A stretch of 64,000 bases of DNA, taken from the NCBI GenBank assembly GCA_964466315.1, contig CAYXNS010000005.1, forward strand, positions 17,498 through 81,497, given 5' to 3'. Origin of the DNA: an uncultured Gammaproteobacteria bacterium. Its GTDB lineage: Bacteria; Pseudomonadota; Gammaproteobacteria; Steroidobacterales; Rariloculaceae. A model generated the notes under the pieces. The model made no database searches. It was given only the letters and a program-made list of their open reading frames with translations, and was not told the origin of the DNA. Below are positions 18,256-27,005 of this stretch, piece after piece. Position numbers and translations under genes: made by a program. Every line of letters starts with the position of its first letter. The first letter of the stretch is position 1.

Positions 18256-19170
18256 ATGACATCCATGACCCGGCGGGAAGCGATCGCCGCGCTGTCGGCC
18301 GTGGGCGTCGCGGGGCTCAGCCCGGCACGCGCACTCGCGCAGGAGACGATGCCACTGCGTACCATTCCGAGCACGGGTGAGATGCTGCCCGTGGTCGGGC
18401 TCGGCTCGAGCAAGGTCGTTTCGCAGATAGCCGCTAACGGCACGGAGCCGGTGGCGGCCGTGCTTCGGGCGCTCGTCGCCAACGGCGGTGCCGTCGTCGA
18501 TACCTGGCCGCGTAATCCGGCGAACGACGCAGGCTTCGGCGAAGTCATCAACCTGCCCGATCTCCGAGACAAGCTGTTCGTCACGACCAAGATCGATCAG
18601 GTCGGCAAGGAAGCCGGCATCGCGCAGTTCAGACAGACGCAGGAACTCTACCAACGCGACACCCTCGACCTCGTACAGATTTTCAGCCTGACCGACCTCG
18701 ACACGCAATGGCTGAATCTCAAGGACTGGAAGGAAGAGGGTAGCGTACGTTACATCGGTGTGACGGTCTCACAGTATGAACGCTACGATCAGCTCATCGG
18801 GTTCCTCGGACGCGAGACGCCCGACTTCGTACAGATGAATTACTCGATCACGGAGCGGCGCGCAGAAGAACGGCTGCTGCCGATGGCTGCCGATATGGGG
18901 CTCGGCGTTCTCCTCAACAGGCCATTCATGAACGGCGCGTACTTCGGCCGGCTCGAGGGGCGACCGCTGCCCGAGTGGACGGCCGAGTTCGATTGCACGA
19001 GCTGGGCGCAATTCTCGCTGAAATACATCCTTGCGCATCCGACGATCACTACCGTATTCACGGAAACGAGTAACCCGGCCCACATGGAAGAAAACACACA
19101 GGCTTCGTTCGGCCGATTGCCGGATGCCACGTCACGCGCGAGAATGCGTGCGCTTATCGACGAGGTTTAA
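18256..19170 (+). CDS. aldo/keto reductase with Tat-type signal peptide
   Basis: The MTSMTRREAIAAL...ARALAQ leader has a twin-arginine motif, followed by an AKR-like body (DTWP.., LFVTTKI, YIGVT). GAGGA SD. Confidence 0.75.
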   Translation: MTSMTRREAIAALSAVGVAGLSPARALAQETMPLRTIPSTGEMLPVVGLGSSKVVSQIAANGTEPVAAVLRALVANGGAVVDTWPRNPANDAGFGEVINLPDLRDKLFVTTKIDQVGKEAGIAQFRQTQELYQRDTLDLVQIFSLTDLDTQWLNLKDWKEEGSVRYIGVTVSQYERYDQLIGFLGRETPDFVQMNYSITERRAEERLLPMAADMGLGVLLNRPFMNGAYFGRLEGRPLPEWTAEFDCTSWAQFSLKYILAHPTITTVFTETSNPAHMEENTQASFGRLPDATSRARMRALIDEV

Positions 19171-20213
19171 TGCTTATGCATTACACAAGGACATTGGCAG
19201 GCGCCGCATACATAACCCTGGTCGGGGCACCGGCTGTGACCAACGCCCATCATTCCAACGCACCGCATTACGACCGCGACCGGCCGATCACGATCGAAGG
19301 CATCGTCGCGGAATTCGAGTTCGTTAATCCGCACGCGTTCCTGCACATCGCGGCCGTGGACGAGAACGGCCGGGAAGTCGTCTGGGCCTGCGAGCTGCAA
19401 ACGGCGAATACCCTCAGGCGCCAGGGCTGGACAAGAGAGCAGTTCGTTCCCGGGCAGGAGTTCACCGTTTCAGGAGTTGCCGCCAAGCGAGATCCGCTCG
19501 GGTGTTCGTTCACGGGAGCCGTCATGGCCGACGGGACTATCGTTGGACGCGGCGGCGAAATCACCGTGTCGGGGGCTGTCGATGAAGCGGAACGTGTCGC
19601 TTACCTCGACGGCGGTATCCCGAACCTCGCCGGACCCTGGATGCGCGACCGGCGCCGCAGGCAGGGCGGACCGGGGCCAGGCTCGGCGCTGCCGGGAGAA
19701 GAGCGCATGACGGCGGCCGGCCTGGCGGCTAACGAGACCTACGATGACCGTTTTGACGATCCCTCGTTCGAGTGCAGCGCGTCGAGCATCTCGCGCGCCT
19801 GGGGTGAGCCCGGAACACCGACCGACATCGAGCAAACGGAAGACAGCGTCGTCATCCGCCACGAGTACATGGATACGGTACGGACGATTCGCCTGGCCCG
19901 CGAGCACGAAGACAATCTGACGCCTCGGCCTTACGGGCACTCGATCGGCTGGTACGAAGGCTCGACGCTCGTCATCGATACGATCGGCTTCGAGTCCGGC
20001 GTGCTCACGCCGCACCCGGGCATACTGCACAGCGACGCATTGCATACTGTCGAGCGGATCACGGTCAACCCCGACGATCCCTCACTGGACCTCGAGTGGA
20101 CGGCCGAGGATTCGAATTACTTCAAGGTGCCGGTCACGGGCAGCAATCACTACATCGAGTCGCTGCATCCCGTGACCGACTACGACTGCACGCCGGGGAA
20201 ATCCAGCAGATAG
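19170..20213 (+). CDS. exported hypothetical protein (DUF6152-like N-terminal domain plus extra C-terminal domain)
   Basis: 347 aa with a signal peptide ending AHHS. The N-terminal segment (ITIEGIVAEFEFVNPHAFLHI) resembles DUF6152. TAATG junction with the AKR gene. Confidence 0.5.
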   Translation: MLMHYTRTLAGAAYITLVGAPAVTNAHHSNAPHYDRDRPITIEGIVAEFEFVNPHAFLHIAAVDENGREVVWACELQTANTLRRQGWTREQFVPGQEFTVSGVAAKRDPLGCSFTGAVMADGTIVGRGGEITVSGAVDEAERVAYLDGGIPNLAGPWMRDRRRRQGGPGPGSALPGEERMTAAGLAANETYDDRFDDPSFECSASSISRAWGEPGTPTDIEQTEDSVVIRHEYMDTVRTIRLAREHEDNLTPRPYGHSIGWYEGSTLVIDTIGFESGVLTPHPGILHSDALHTVERITVNPDDPSLDLEWTAEDSNYFKVPVTGSNHYIESLHPVTDYDCTPGKSSR

Positions 20214-20600
20214 AAGACGCGTTACGGCGCGAGCAGTGGCATGCTCTCGACTTGCCATGCCCAATGGCATGACGACACAATGAGTTCGGACTCTCTCAGT
20301 TTGGTTGGTACCGCTATAGGGGGCAGGTCGAGAGCCGCTGGTTGTTCTTTCAGCGTTCTCGTGATGATCGAAGATCGCATGGGTGGGATCAAGTGCTCAA
20401 GTGCCGCCTGGACGGGGCATTCGGAGTGCCGGAGAGCTTGATACGCCCGCTGAGCGCAGTTTAAAGTATTCTCTGGCATCGATCCGATAACAAGAGCGAA
20501 CGGCCAGCAACCGACGCTTGTTCATAGCCGGGGGAGATAATGTTGAGACTGACGACCACGATCGGTACAGCCGCCCACTGGCGGCACAAAGGGAACGACC

Positions 20601-20862
20601 GCCAACCACATAGGCTTCTCCGTGCCTGACCTTCACACAACGCTGGCCGAGATTAGAGACGCGGGTTACTCCATAGCGACTCGGGAAGAACTGCCGCCCG
20701 CATTCGACGTTGTCGACGACATCGCATATCGCGGATCCCGGGATCAACATCGCCTTCGATCGCCCGTATACGGTCATCAAGGGGTGCGGCATCACGCGCG
20801 CATATCTAACGGACCCGTGGGGCGCGTATATCGAGTTGACCGAGAGTCTAGACAATCATTAG
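20601..20862 (+). pseudogene. fragmentary, frameshifted VOC (glyoxalase/dioxygenase-fold) gene
   Basis: Frame A reads NHIGFSVPDLHTTLAEIRDAGYSI.... The +1 frame continues from about 20740 as GINIAFDRPYTVIKGCGITRAYLTDPWGAYIELTE-stop. No intact N-terminal half. Confidence 0.45.
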
Positions 20863-20899
20863 GAACTGAACACTGGATAAAGAGAACTGAGAGGTCAGC

Positions 20900-21061
20900 A
20901 TGAACAACACCCTGAAACTCTCCAGCGCAATCATCGCAGGCACACTCGTCGAGCCATTCGTCTGGGACGCCTACTTCATCTGGAAGCCGGGCGAGCAGAT
21001 CAACCCTTACGAGTGCACGCTCGAGGAGTGGGCTTCGCCCGAAAACACACTCACAAACTGA
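20900..21061 (+). CDS. possible 53-aa small ORF
   Basis: ATG preceded by GAGAGG at about 7 nt. MNNTLKLSSAIIAGTLVEPFVWDAYFIWKPGEQINPYECTLEEWASPENTLTN. No homology recognised. Confidence 0.2.
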   Translation: MNNTLKLSSAIIAGTLVEPFVWDAYFIWKPGEQINPYECTLEEWASPENTLTN

Positions 21062-21067
21062 TCTCGT

Positions 21068-21565
21068 TTGGCCGCTACCGACGTGTCAAAACTCTCGCTG
21101 CGTCCCGCCGAAGAGCGGGACGTTGGCGTGATCCTCGACTTTATTAGAGAACTGGCAGATTACGAACGCCTGTCGCACGAGGTCGTCACGACCGAGGCGT
21201 TGCTGGCCCAGCACTTATTCGGCGAGCGCCCCCTCGCCGAGTCAATCATCGCCGAATACGAAGGCGCGCCCGCGGGGTTCGCGTTGTTCTTTCACTCTTT
21301 CTCGACGTTTATCGGAAAGCCCGGGCTTTACCTCGAGGATCTTTACGTCACGCCCGACTTGAGAGGTCGAGGTATCGGCAAGGCGTTGCTCAAGCATCTC
21401 GCGCAGCTCGCACTCGAGCGCGATTGCGGCCGGGTCGAATGGGCCGTGCTCGATTGGAACGAACCCGCGATCAAGTTCTACGAGGCCATCGGCGCGGCGG
21501 CGCTGACGGAGTGGAACACGTACCGCCTCGCGGGATCGGCGTTACGCAAATTTGTCGGCGACTGA
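21068..21565 (+). CDS. GNAT family N-acetyltransferase (diamine/SSAT-like)
   Basis: 165 aa with the acetyl-CoA motif LRGRGIGKALLKHLAQLA, plus VEWAVLDWNEPAIKFYEAIGA. TTG start. Confidence 0.8.
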   Translation: MAATDVSKLSLRPAEERDVGVILDFIRELADYERLSHEVVTTEALLAQHLFGERPLAESIIAEYEGAPAGFALFFHSFSTFIGKPGLYLEDLYVTPDLRGRGIGKALLKHLAQLALERDCGRVEWAVLDWNEPAIKFYEAIGAAALTEWNTYRLAGSALRKFVGD

Positions 21566-21581
21566 CTTGCGGCGAAAAAAG

Positions 21582-21620
21582 GGGCCAGATCCCTTTTTCG
21601 GTGAAAAAGGGATCTGGCCC
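21582..21620. terminator. perfect 17-bp stem / 5-nt loop hairpin (motif family copy c, duplicated as an inverted repeat)
   Basis: GGGCCAGATCCCTTTTT-CGGTG-AAAAAGGGATCTGGCCC, 17 nt after the GNAT stop and preceded by an A6 tract (21575-21580). Confidence 0.6.
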
Positions 21621-21742
21621 TAATTATTTCACGTAGCTTTCTGCGAGCGACAAGGTCGATTAGAATTCTTCTCAAAGAGTTGGTCGACCTTCGCTCCACG
21701 CACAGCGCCGGCCGAGTCACATAGTTTATAAGCGAGCTTAAC

Positions 21743-24106
21743 TTGACGCTTCAAATCGGCCTCGTTCTCGCCATCCTAGTTGTGTCGCTGATGCTATTTG
21801 TCAGCGAAAAGCTCCGGATGGACCTCATCGCACTCATGGTGCTCGGAACGCTCGTCTTGACGGGCCTCGTGACGCCTCCCGAAGCCGTAGCGGGATTCTC
21901 TAATGCGGCCGTGATCGCCGTCTGGGCCATGTTTATTTTAAGCGACGGCTTAACTCGCACGGGAATCGCCAACGTTATCGGCCATAACGTGCTGTGGCTC
22001 GCCGGTCGGAACGAATCCCGCATGATTGTTGTCATCATGCTCACAGCGGGGACGCTCTCGGCTTTCATGAACAATATCGGCGTCGCCGCATTGATGCTGC
22101 CCGTCGTGATCGATATCGCGCGACGCACGCGGATTCCCGCGTCACGACTGCTCATGCCGTTGGCCTACGGCAGCCTGCTCGGCGGCCTGACCACGATGAT
22201 CGGAACGCCGCCGAACCTGCTCATCAGCAGCTCCCTGGAAGCAGCCGGCGAGGCAACATTCGGCCTGTTCGACTTCACGCCGATCGGCGGCGGTGTGCTC
22301 ATCGCCGGGACGGCCTTCGTTGCGTTATTCGGCAGACATCTTCTTCCCCGCAAAAAACCCGAGGGAGAGCTGCAAAGGCACAGTCAACGCAATCTGCGCA
22401 CCCAGTACGGCCTGCAGTCACGTGCGTTCGAGATGCGCGTGCCGGAAGACTCGATACTCGTCGGCAAGACGCTGAGCCAGAGCCGAATCGGCGTTGCCAC
22501 AGGTCTTATCGTGCTCGCACTCGAGCGCAGCCGCGACACCGAAATCATGCCTTCCCGGCAAGCCGTGCTGCAGGGTAACGACAAGCTGCTCATACAGGGT
22601 CGACTCGATCGCTTTCACGAGTTCCAGCGGTGGAGCGAGCTTGTCATCGAACGCGAGGCGCCGGTGCTGCAGCGCCTCATGGCCGGACAGGTCAAGCTTG
22701 TCGAGGTCGCCGTCGAGGAGAACTCCCCGCTGGTCGCTGAGCTGTTGCACCACTCCGAGTTCCGCAAACGCTACGGCGCCAACGTTCTGGCTATTCGCCG
22801 TGACAAGCTCGTCCGCCGCGCCAACCTCGCTCACGTACCGTTGCGCAGAGGCGATGTACTACTGTTGCAGGCGAGCCCCGATACGGTAGAGGAAATCAAG
22901 CGTTCGCCCGAGTTCGCCGACTGCCGCGAGGTCGATGAGGAGGAGCTCAGCGATGTCTACCGGCTACAGGAGAGAATCTTCGTCGTGCGCGTGCCGCGTG
23001 AGTCGCCGCTAGCAGGCGACACGTTGATGCGCAACCGGCTCGGCGATGCCTTCGATTTCCGCCTGCTGGCGCTGTTTAGAGAGGGCGAACTCAAGATCAT
23101 GCCCGAGCCCGACCAGTCGTTGAAGGGTGGCGACTTGTTATTGATCCAGGGCCGGGAAGAAGATCTCGACGTCCTGCGCGGACTCCAGGAACTCGAGGTC
23201 GAACGAGGTGCACAACCAAATCTCAACACACTCGAGTCCGAACGCTTGAGCTTGCTCGAAGCCACGCTCGACCCGCGCTCGGCGCTGGCCGGGCAGCCGC
23301 TGTCGGAGTTCAGCTTCCGCGAAAAGTACGGTCTCGAGCTCGTGGCCGTATGGCGAAACGGCGAGGCGATTCGCACGAACCTCGATCAGCTCGTGCTGCA
23401 ACTCGGTGATGCGCTGCTGCTGCTCGGCCCAAGGCAGAGACTCGCCGTACTTGAGCGGGACCCGGAATTTCTCGTCCTCACACCCGTGACGCAGAAACCC
23501 ATCGATACCACGAAGGCGCCACTCGCAGGCGGAATCATGCTCGCTGTCGTCTCTTCGGTGCTGATCGGGTGGCTGCCGATCTACATCGCGGCGATGATCG
23601 GCGCGACGCTCATGGTGGTGACTCGCTGTCTGAGTATGGAAGACGCATATCGTGCCATCGATTGGCGCTCGATCTTTCTGATCGCGGGTATGCTGCCGCT
23701 CGGTACCGCGATGCAGCAGACCGGCGCCGCACAGTTTCTTGCCGAGCAAACGATGAATGTCCTGGGGCCATTCGGGCCATGGTGGGTAATCGGCGGACTC
23801 TATTTGATTACGGCGGCCGGCACGATGATCATTCCGACGGCCGCCCTGGTCGTCCTGATGTCGCCGATCGTGCTCTCCGCCAGCGCCGACCTCGGCATCG
23901 CACCGCAAACAGCCATGATGGCCGTCGCCATGGCGGCCTCGGCGAGCTTCACGAGTCCGATCTCGCACCCGGCGAATATTCTCATCATGGGCCCCGGCGG
24001 TTACCGCTTCGTCGATTATTTGAAGGTCGGGCTGCCGTTGACTGTCGTGGTCTTCGTATCCGTGATGGTCTTGCTGCCGATCTTCTGGCCGCTTGCCTCT
24101 CCGTAA
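21743..24106 (+). CDS. SLC13/DASS-family permease with four central RCK_C (TrkA-C) domains
   Basis: 787 aa with polytopic N- and C-terminal halves. Four repeats of the RCK_C pattern are visible (..GKTLSQSRIGVATGLIVLALER..; ..SEFRKRYGANVLAIRRD..; ..NRLGDAFDFRLLALFREG..; ..FSFREKYGLELVAVWRNG..). Confidence 0.85.
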   Translation: MTLQIGLVLAILVVSLMLFVSEKLRMDLIALMVLGTLVLTGLVTPPEAVAGFSNAAVIAVWAMFILSDGLTRTGIANVIGHNVLWLAGRNESRMIVVIMLTAGTLSAFMNNIGVAALMLPVVIDIARRTRIPASRLLMPLAYGSLLGGLTTMIGTPPNLLISSSLEAAGEATFGLFDFTPIGGGVLIAGTAFVALFGRHLLPRKKPEGELQRHSQRNLRTQYGLQSRAFEMRVPEDSILVGKTLSQSRIGVATGLIVLALERSRDTEIMPSRQAVLQGNDKLLIQGRLDRFHEFQRWSELVIEREAPVLQRLMAGQVKLVEVAVEENSPLVAELLHHSEFRKRYGANVLAIRRDKLVRRANLAHVPLRRGDVLLLQASPDTVEEIKRSPEFADCREVDEEELSDVYRLQERIFVVRVPRESPLAGDTLMRNRLGDAFDFRLLALFREGELKIMPEPDQSLKGGDLLLIQGREEDLDVLRGLQELEVERGAQPNLNTLESERLSLLEATLDPRSALAGQPLSEFSFREKYGLELVAVWRNGEAIRTNLDQLVLQLGDALLLLGPRQRLAVLERDPEFLVLTPVTQKPIDTTKAPLAGGIMLAVVSSVLIGWLPIYIAAMIGATLMVVTRCLSMEDAYRAIDWRSIFLIAGMLPLGTAMQQTGAAQFLAEQTMNVLGPFGPWWVIGGLYLITAAGTMIIPTAALVVLMSPIVLSASADLGIAPQTAMMAVAMAASASFTSPISHPANILIMGPGGYRFVDYLKVGLPLTVVVFVSVMVLLPIFWPLASP

Positions 24107-24544
24107 CCCTCGCCGGCGGTCTCGGTCAGCCGCACGGTTAGAGCCCTCAGAAGCTTGCCGCAGTGACCCTCTATTTCGCTATGCCAATGACGCCTGTTCA
24201 GATAAGCGGGGCCGTTGAGTTCGTAACCCGCATCGAGCAGGACCAGCGATCCGCTGTCGAGCGGCTCGAGGCCGCCATCGGAGCCGAAGCCAAACGCGGC
24301 ACGGCGGATCGAACAGGCTCTCATATAGAGTCAGGACCACGGGGCGAAGGCATTCGACGACCCGGCCACGCCGGATGACCGAACCACGACGCTGGACATA
24401 GAGCTGACCGATGTGGGGTAACCCACCCGGCTCGGCCAACCAATCACCCGAAGCCCAGCGGCTCGTCGTGAGCATCTTCACGAGCGCCGAGAACACATCG
24501 GTGATCGGCGCAGCAAGCCTCGCCTCATGTCGTTGCCGAAACAC
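24016..24544 (-). pseudogene. SRPBCC-fold gene with apparent 1-nt frameshift
   Basis: Frame 1 (24179..24544) reads MFRQRHEARLAAPITDVFSALV...RVWLRLRWR. The protein-like continuation EPLDSGSLVLLDAGYELNGPAYLNRRHWHSEIEGHCGKLLRALTVRL is in another frame (24016..24324). The switch is near 24275-24285, in a GGCGGCC run. Confidence 0.4.
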
Positions 24545-24668
24545 AGCCCTTCTCCCTGACGACTTCCCTATCGTCCTAGGAGAACCAACTTAGCGTTGCC
24601 ACATCCGGGCGACCAGTCGCTTAACCGGTCGATAACTGCGGAAACGGCGCTCCGAAAAAACAGGCGGC

Positions 24669-25643
24669 TTACGGCAGGAGTATGGTCGAGCCCGTCGTGC
24701 GCCGACCTTCGAGCGCCCGGTGTGCGTCGGCCGCATCTGCCAACGCAAAGCGCTGACCGATCTCGATCTTGATCTGCCCGCCGCCGACGAGCCCCATAAG
24801 CTCAGAAGCGCCCCATTCGAGATCCTCGCGGGTCGCAATGTAATTCGGTAGCGCGGGACGCGTGACGTAGAGCGATCCCCGCTTTACCAGTTCGAGCAAC
24901 GGCAGACAGTCCACAGCACCCGACGCGTTACCGAAACTCACGAGTAAGCCGCGTGACCTGAGGCAGTCGAGAGAGGTATAGAGCGTGTCCTTGCCGACGG
25001 GATCGTACACCACGGGAACACCGTCGCCATTCGTGAGTTCTCTGACGCTCGTGACGATGTCGCTGTCGGAGAGAAAGACTTCCTCGCAGCCATGAGCAAG
25101 TGCGAGTTCTCGTTTTTCGTCCGTACTCACGATACCGATGACTCTGGCGCCGAGATGTTTAGCCCATTGCGAGGCGATCGTGCCAACTCCTCCAGCCGCT
25201 GCGTAAAGCAGGATCCAGTCGCCGGACTGGACTTCATAGGTGCGCCGGAGCAGATACCAGGATGTGAGTCCCTTCAGCATCATCGCCGCTGCCGTCTCGT
25301 CCTCGACGTCATCCGGCAACTTCAGCAGGTGCTTCGCATCCATGACGCATTCTTCGGAGTAGGACTGCGGAGGTGAAGCGTAGGCATAGGTCACGCGATC
25401 GCCTGGCGCAACATGCTCGACACCCTCGCCAACGGAAACAACGGTGCCGGCCGCTTCGCCACCCAGGCCGCTCGGCAACTGAACAGGATATAGTCCTGTC
25501 CGGATGTGGGTGTCGATGTAGTTCACGCCGATAGCCGTATGCACGACCCGCGCCTGCCCCGGCCCAGGGTCCCCGACTTCTACTTCCACGAACTCCGAAT
25601 TCTCGGGACCGCCGAACTCATTTATTCTTATCGCATGTGTCAT
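24669..25643 (-). CDS. qor: NADPH:quinone oxidoreductase (zeta-crystallin type MDR)
   Basis: 324 aa with AIGVNYIDT, the AAAGGVG nucleotide motif and a typical Qor C-terminus. Confidence 0.85.
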   Translation of the reverse strand: MTHAIRINEFGGPENSEFVEVEVGDPGPGQARVVHTAIGVNYIDTHIRTGLYPVQLPSGLGGEAAGTVVSVGEGVEHVAPGDRVTYAYASPPQSYSEECVMDAKHLLKLPDDVEDETAAAMMLKGLTSWYLLRRTYEVQSGDWILLYAAAGGVGTIASQWAKHLGARVIGIVSTDEKRELALAHGCEEVFLSDSDIVTSVRELTNGDGVPVVYDPVGKDTLYTSLDCLRSRGLLVSFGNASGAVDCLPLLELVKRGSLYVTRPALPNYIATREDLEWGASELMGLVGGGQIKIEIGQRFALADAADAHRALEGRRTTGSTILLP

Positions 25644-25721
25644 TTCCGTCCTCTCGCAATATCAGCTGCACCTTGAGCAACTACGTACCGATCTCATCGA
25701 GCGGCAACGATACAATATCCT

Positions 25722-26936
25722 ATGCCCGAACACTTCATCATCATTGGCGGCGGCCAAGCTGCAGCGCAGGCTGTACAGACGCTGCGCCAGAATAGGTTCG
25801 ACGGCCGCGTCACGATTGTCGGCGAGGAACAGCCGCTACCCTATCAACGCCCGCCCCTGTCGAAGAAATACCTGGCCGGAAAACTCACTGCAGAGCGTTT
25901 GGCGTTTCGGCCCGAAAAGTACTACGAGGACGGCAACGTCACCCTGGAACTCGGCGTACGCGCGGAACTCATAGAGCCTTCGGCTCAACGCATCCAACTC
26001 GGCGACGGCCGGGTTCTCGACTACGACGGACTCATGCTCGCTACCGGCAGCCGCGTCCTGCGGCTCGACATCCCCGGATCGGAACTCGACGGAATTCACT
26101 ACGTTCGAACGATCGCCGATGCTGATGCCATCCGCGCGGAACTCCTGCCCGGGAAACGGCTCGTGATAGTCGGCGCGGGCTACATCGGGCTGGAAGTCGC
26201 CTCGATTGCCGCCGGGCTTGGTGTCGGCGTAACCGTACTCGAGGCAGCGGATCGCGTCATGACGCGCGTTGTCTGCCCCGAGATCGCGGCGTTCTACCAC
26301 GATTATCACAGCAACGCCGGAGTTAAGCTTTATTACGGTACGAGTATCACGGCATTCCGCGGTCAAGATCGTGTCGACGAGGTCGAGACGATCGCCGGCC
26401 AGCGGTTCGAGTGTGACCTCGTCGTCGCCGGTATCGGCATCGAACCGCAGGTGGAACTGGCGAAAGCAGCCGGTCTATATTGCGACGATGGCATACATGT
26501 CGATGATTATGCGCGAACGGCGGATCCGCATATCGTCGCGGCGGGCGACTGTGTGAATCGTCTGTGTCCGTTTACCGGCCGCCGAATCCGACTCGAGTCC
26601 GTGCACAACGCGGTCGAGCAGGCGAAGACCGCTGCGCTGAGTCTATTGGGGGAATCTCATGCATACGCACAGGTGCCGTGGTTCTGGTCCGATCAGTTCG
26701 ATCTGAAACTTCAGATCGCCGGACTCTCGGGAGACCATGATCGAGTTGTCGTTCGAGGCAATCCTGACGACGCCAGTTTTTCGGCGTTTTATCTCAGAAG
26801 CGGAAAACTTATCGCCGTAGATGCCGTTAATTCGCCCAGAGATTTCATGGCGGGCAAGCAGCTCATCGCGGCCGAGACGGTCGTCGATGTGGGGCAGTTG
26901 GCGGATTCCACCACGACTTTGTTCGATCTCATTTAG
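25722..26936 (+). CDS. FAD-dependent NAD(P)H ferredoxin/rubredoxin reductase-type oxidoreductase
   Basis: 404 aa with IIGGGQAA, PYQRPPLSK, VGAGYIGLE, AAGDC and WFWSDQFD. Confidence 0.8.
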   Translation: MPEHFIIIGGGQAAAQAVQTLRQNRFDGRVTIVGEEQPLPYQRPPLSKKYLAGKLTAERLAFRPEKYYEDGNVTLELGVRAELIEPSAQRIQLGDGRVLDYDGLMLATGSRVLRLDIPGSELDGIHYVRTIADADAIRAELLPGKRLVIVGAGYIGLEVASIAAGLGVGVTVLEAADRVMTRVVCPEIAAFYHDYHSNAGVKLYYGTSITAFRGQDRVDEVETIAGQRFECDLVVAGIGIEPQVELAKAAGLYCDDGIHVDDYARTADPHIVAAGDCVNRLCPFTGRRIRLESVHNAVEQAKTAALSLLGESHAYAQVPWFWSDQFDLKLQIAGLSGDHDRVVVRGNPDDASFSAFYLRSGKLIAVDAVNSPRDFMAGKQLIAAETVVDVGQLADSTTTLFDLI

Positions 26937-26961
26937 GAGCGGCCGCAAAAAAAAGCGATCC

Positions 26962-26984
26962 ATAAAGGGACCGGGTCCCTTTAT
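26962..26984. terminator. perfect 11-1-11 palindrome ATAAAGGGACC-G-GGTCCCTTTAT (motif family copy d)
   Basis: Lies between convergent genes that end at 26936 (+) and 27006 (-). Confidence 0.5.
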
Positions 26985-27005
26985 TCAGCCCTATTGCGTG
27001 GCGGG

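Noticed and set aside
17519-18262. 247-aa minus-strand ORF.
   Set aside because: It is antisense to the sulfotransferase fragment, whose translation carries clear family motifs. This ORF has none.
20222-20479. 85-aa minus-strand ORF (and 20397-20855, 152 aa) in the low-GC patch, as possible real genes or a transposase remnant.
   Set aside because: No recognisable motifs. The ORFs overlap each other and the VOC fragment, so I could not support any call.
23138-23968. 276-aa minus-strand ORF and several plus-strand out-of-frame ORFs inside the SLC13 gene.
   Set aside because: They are shadow frames, Arg/His/Asp-rich, with no membrane or domain logic.
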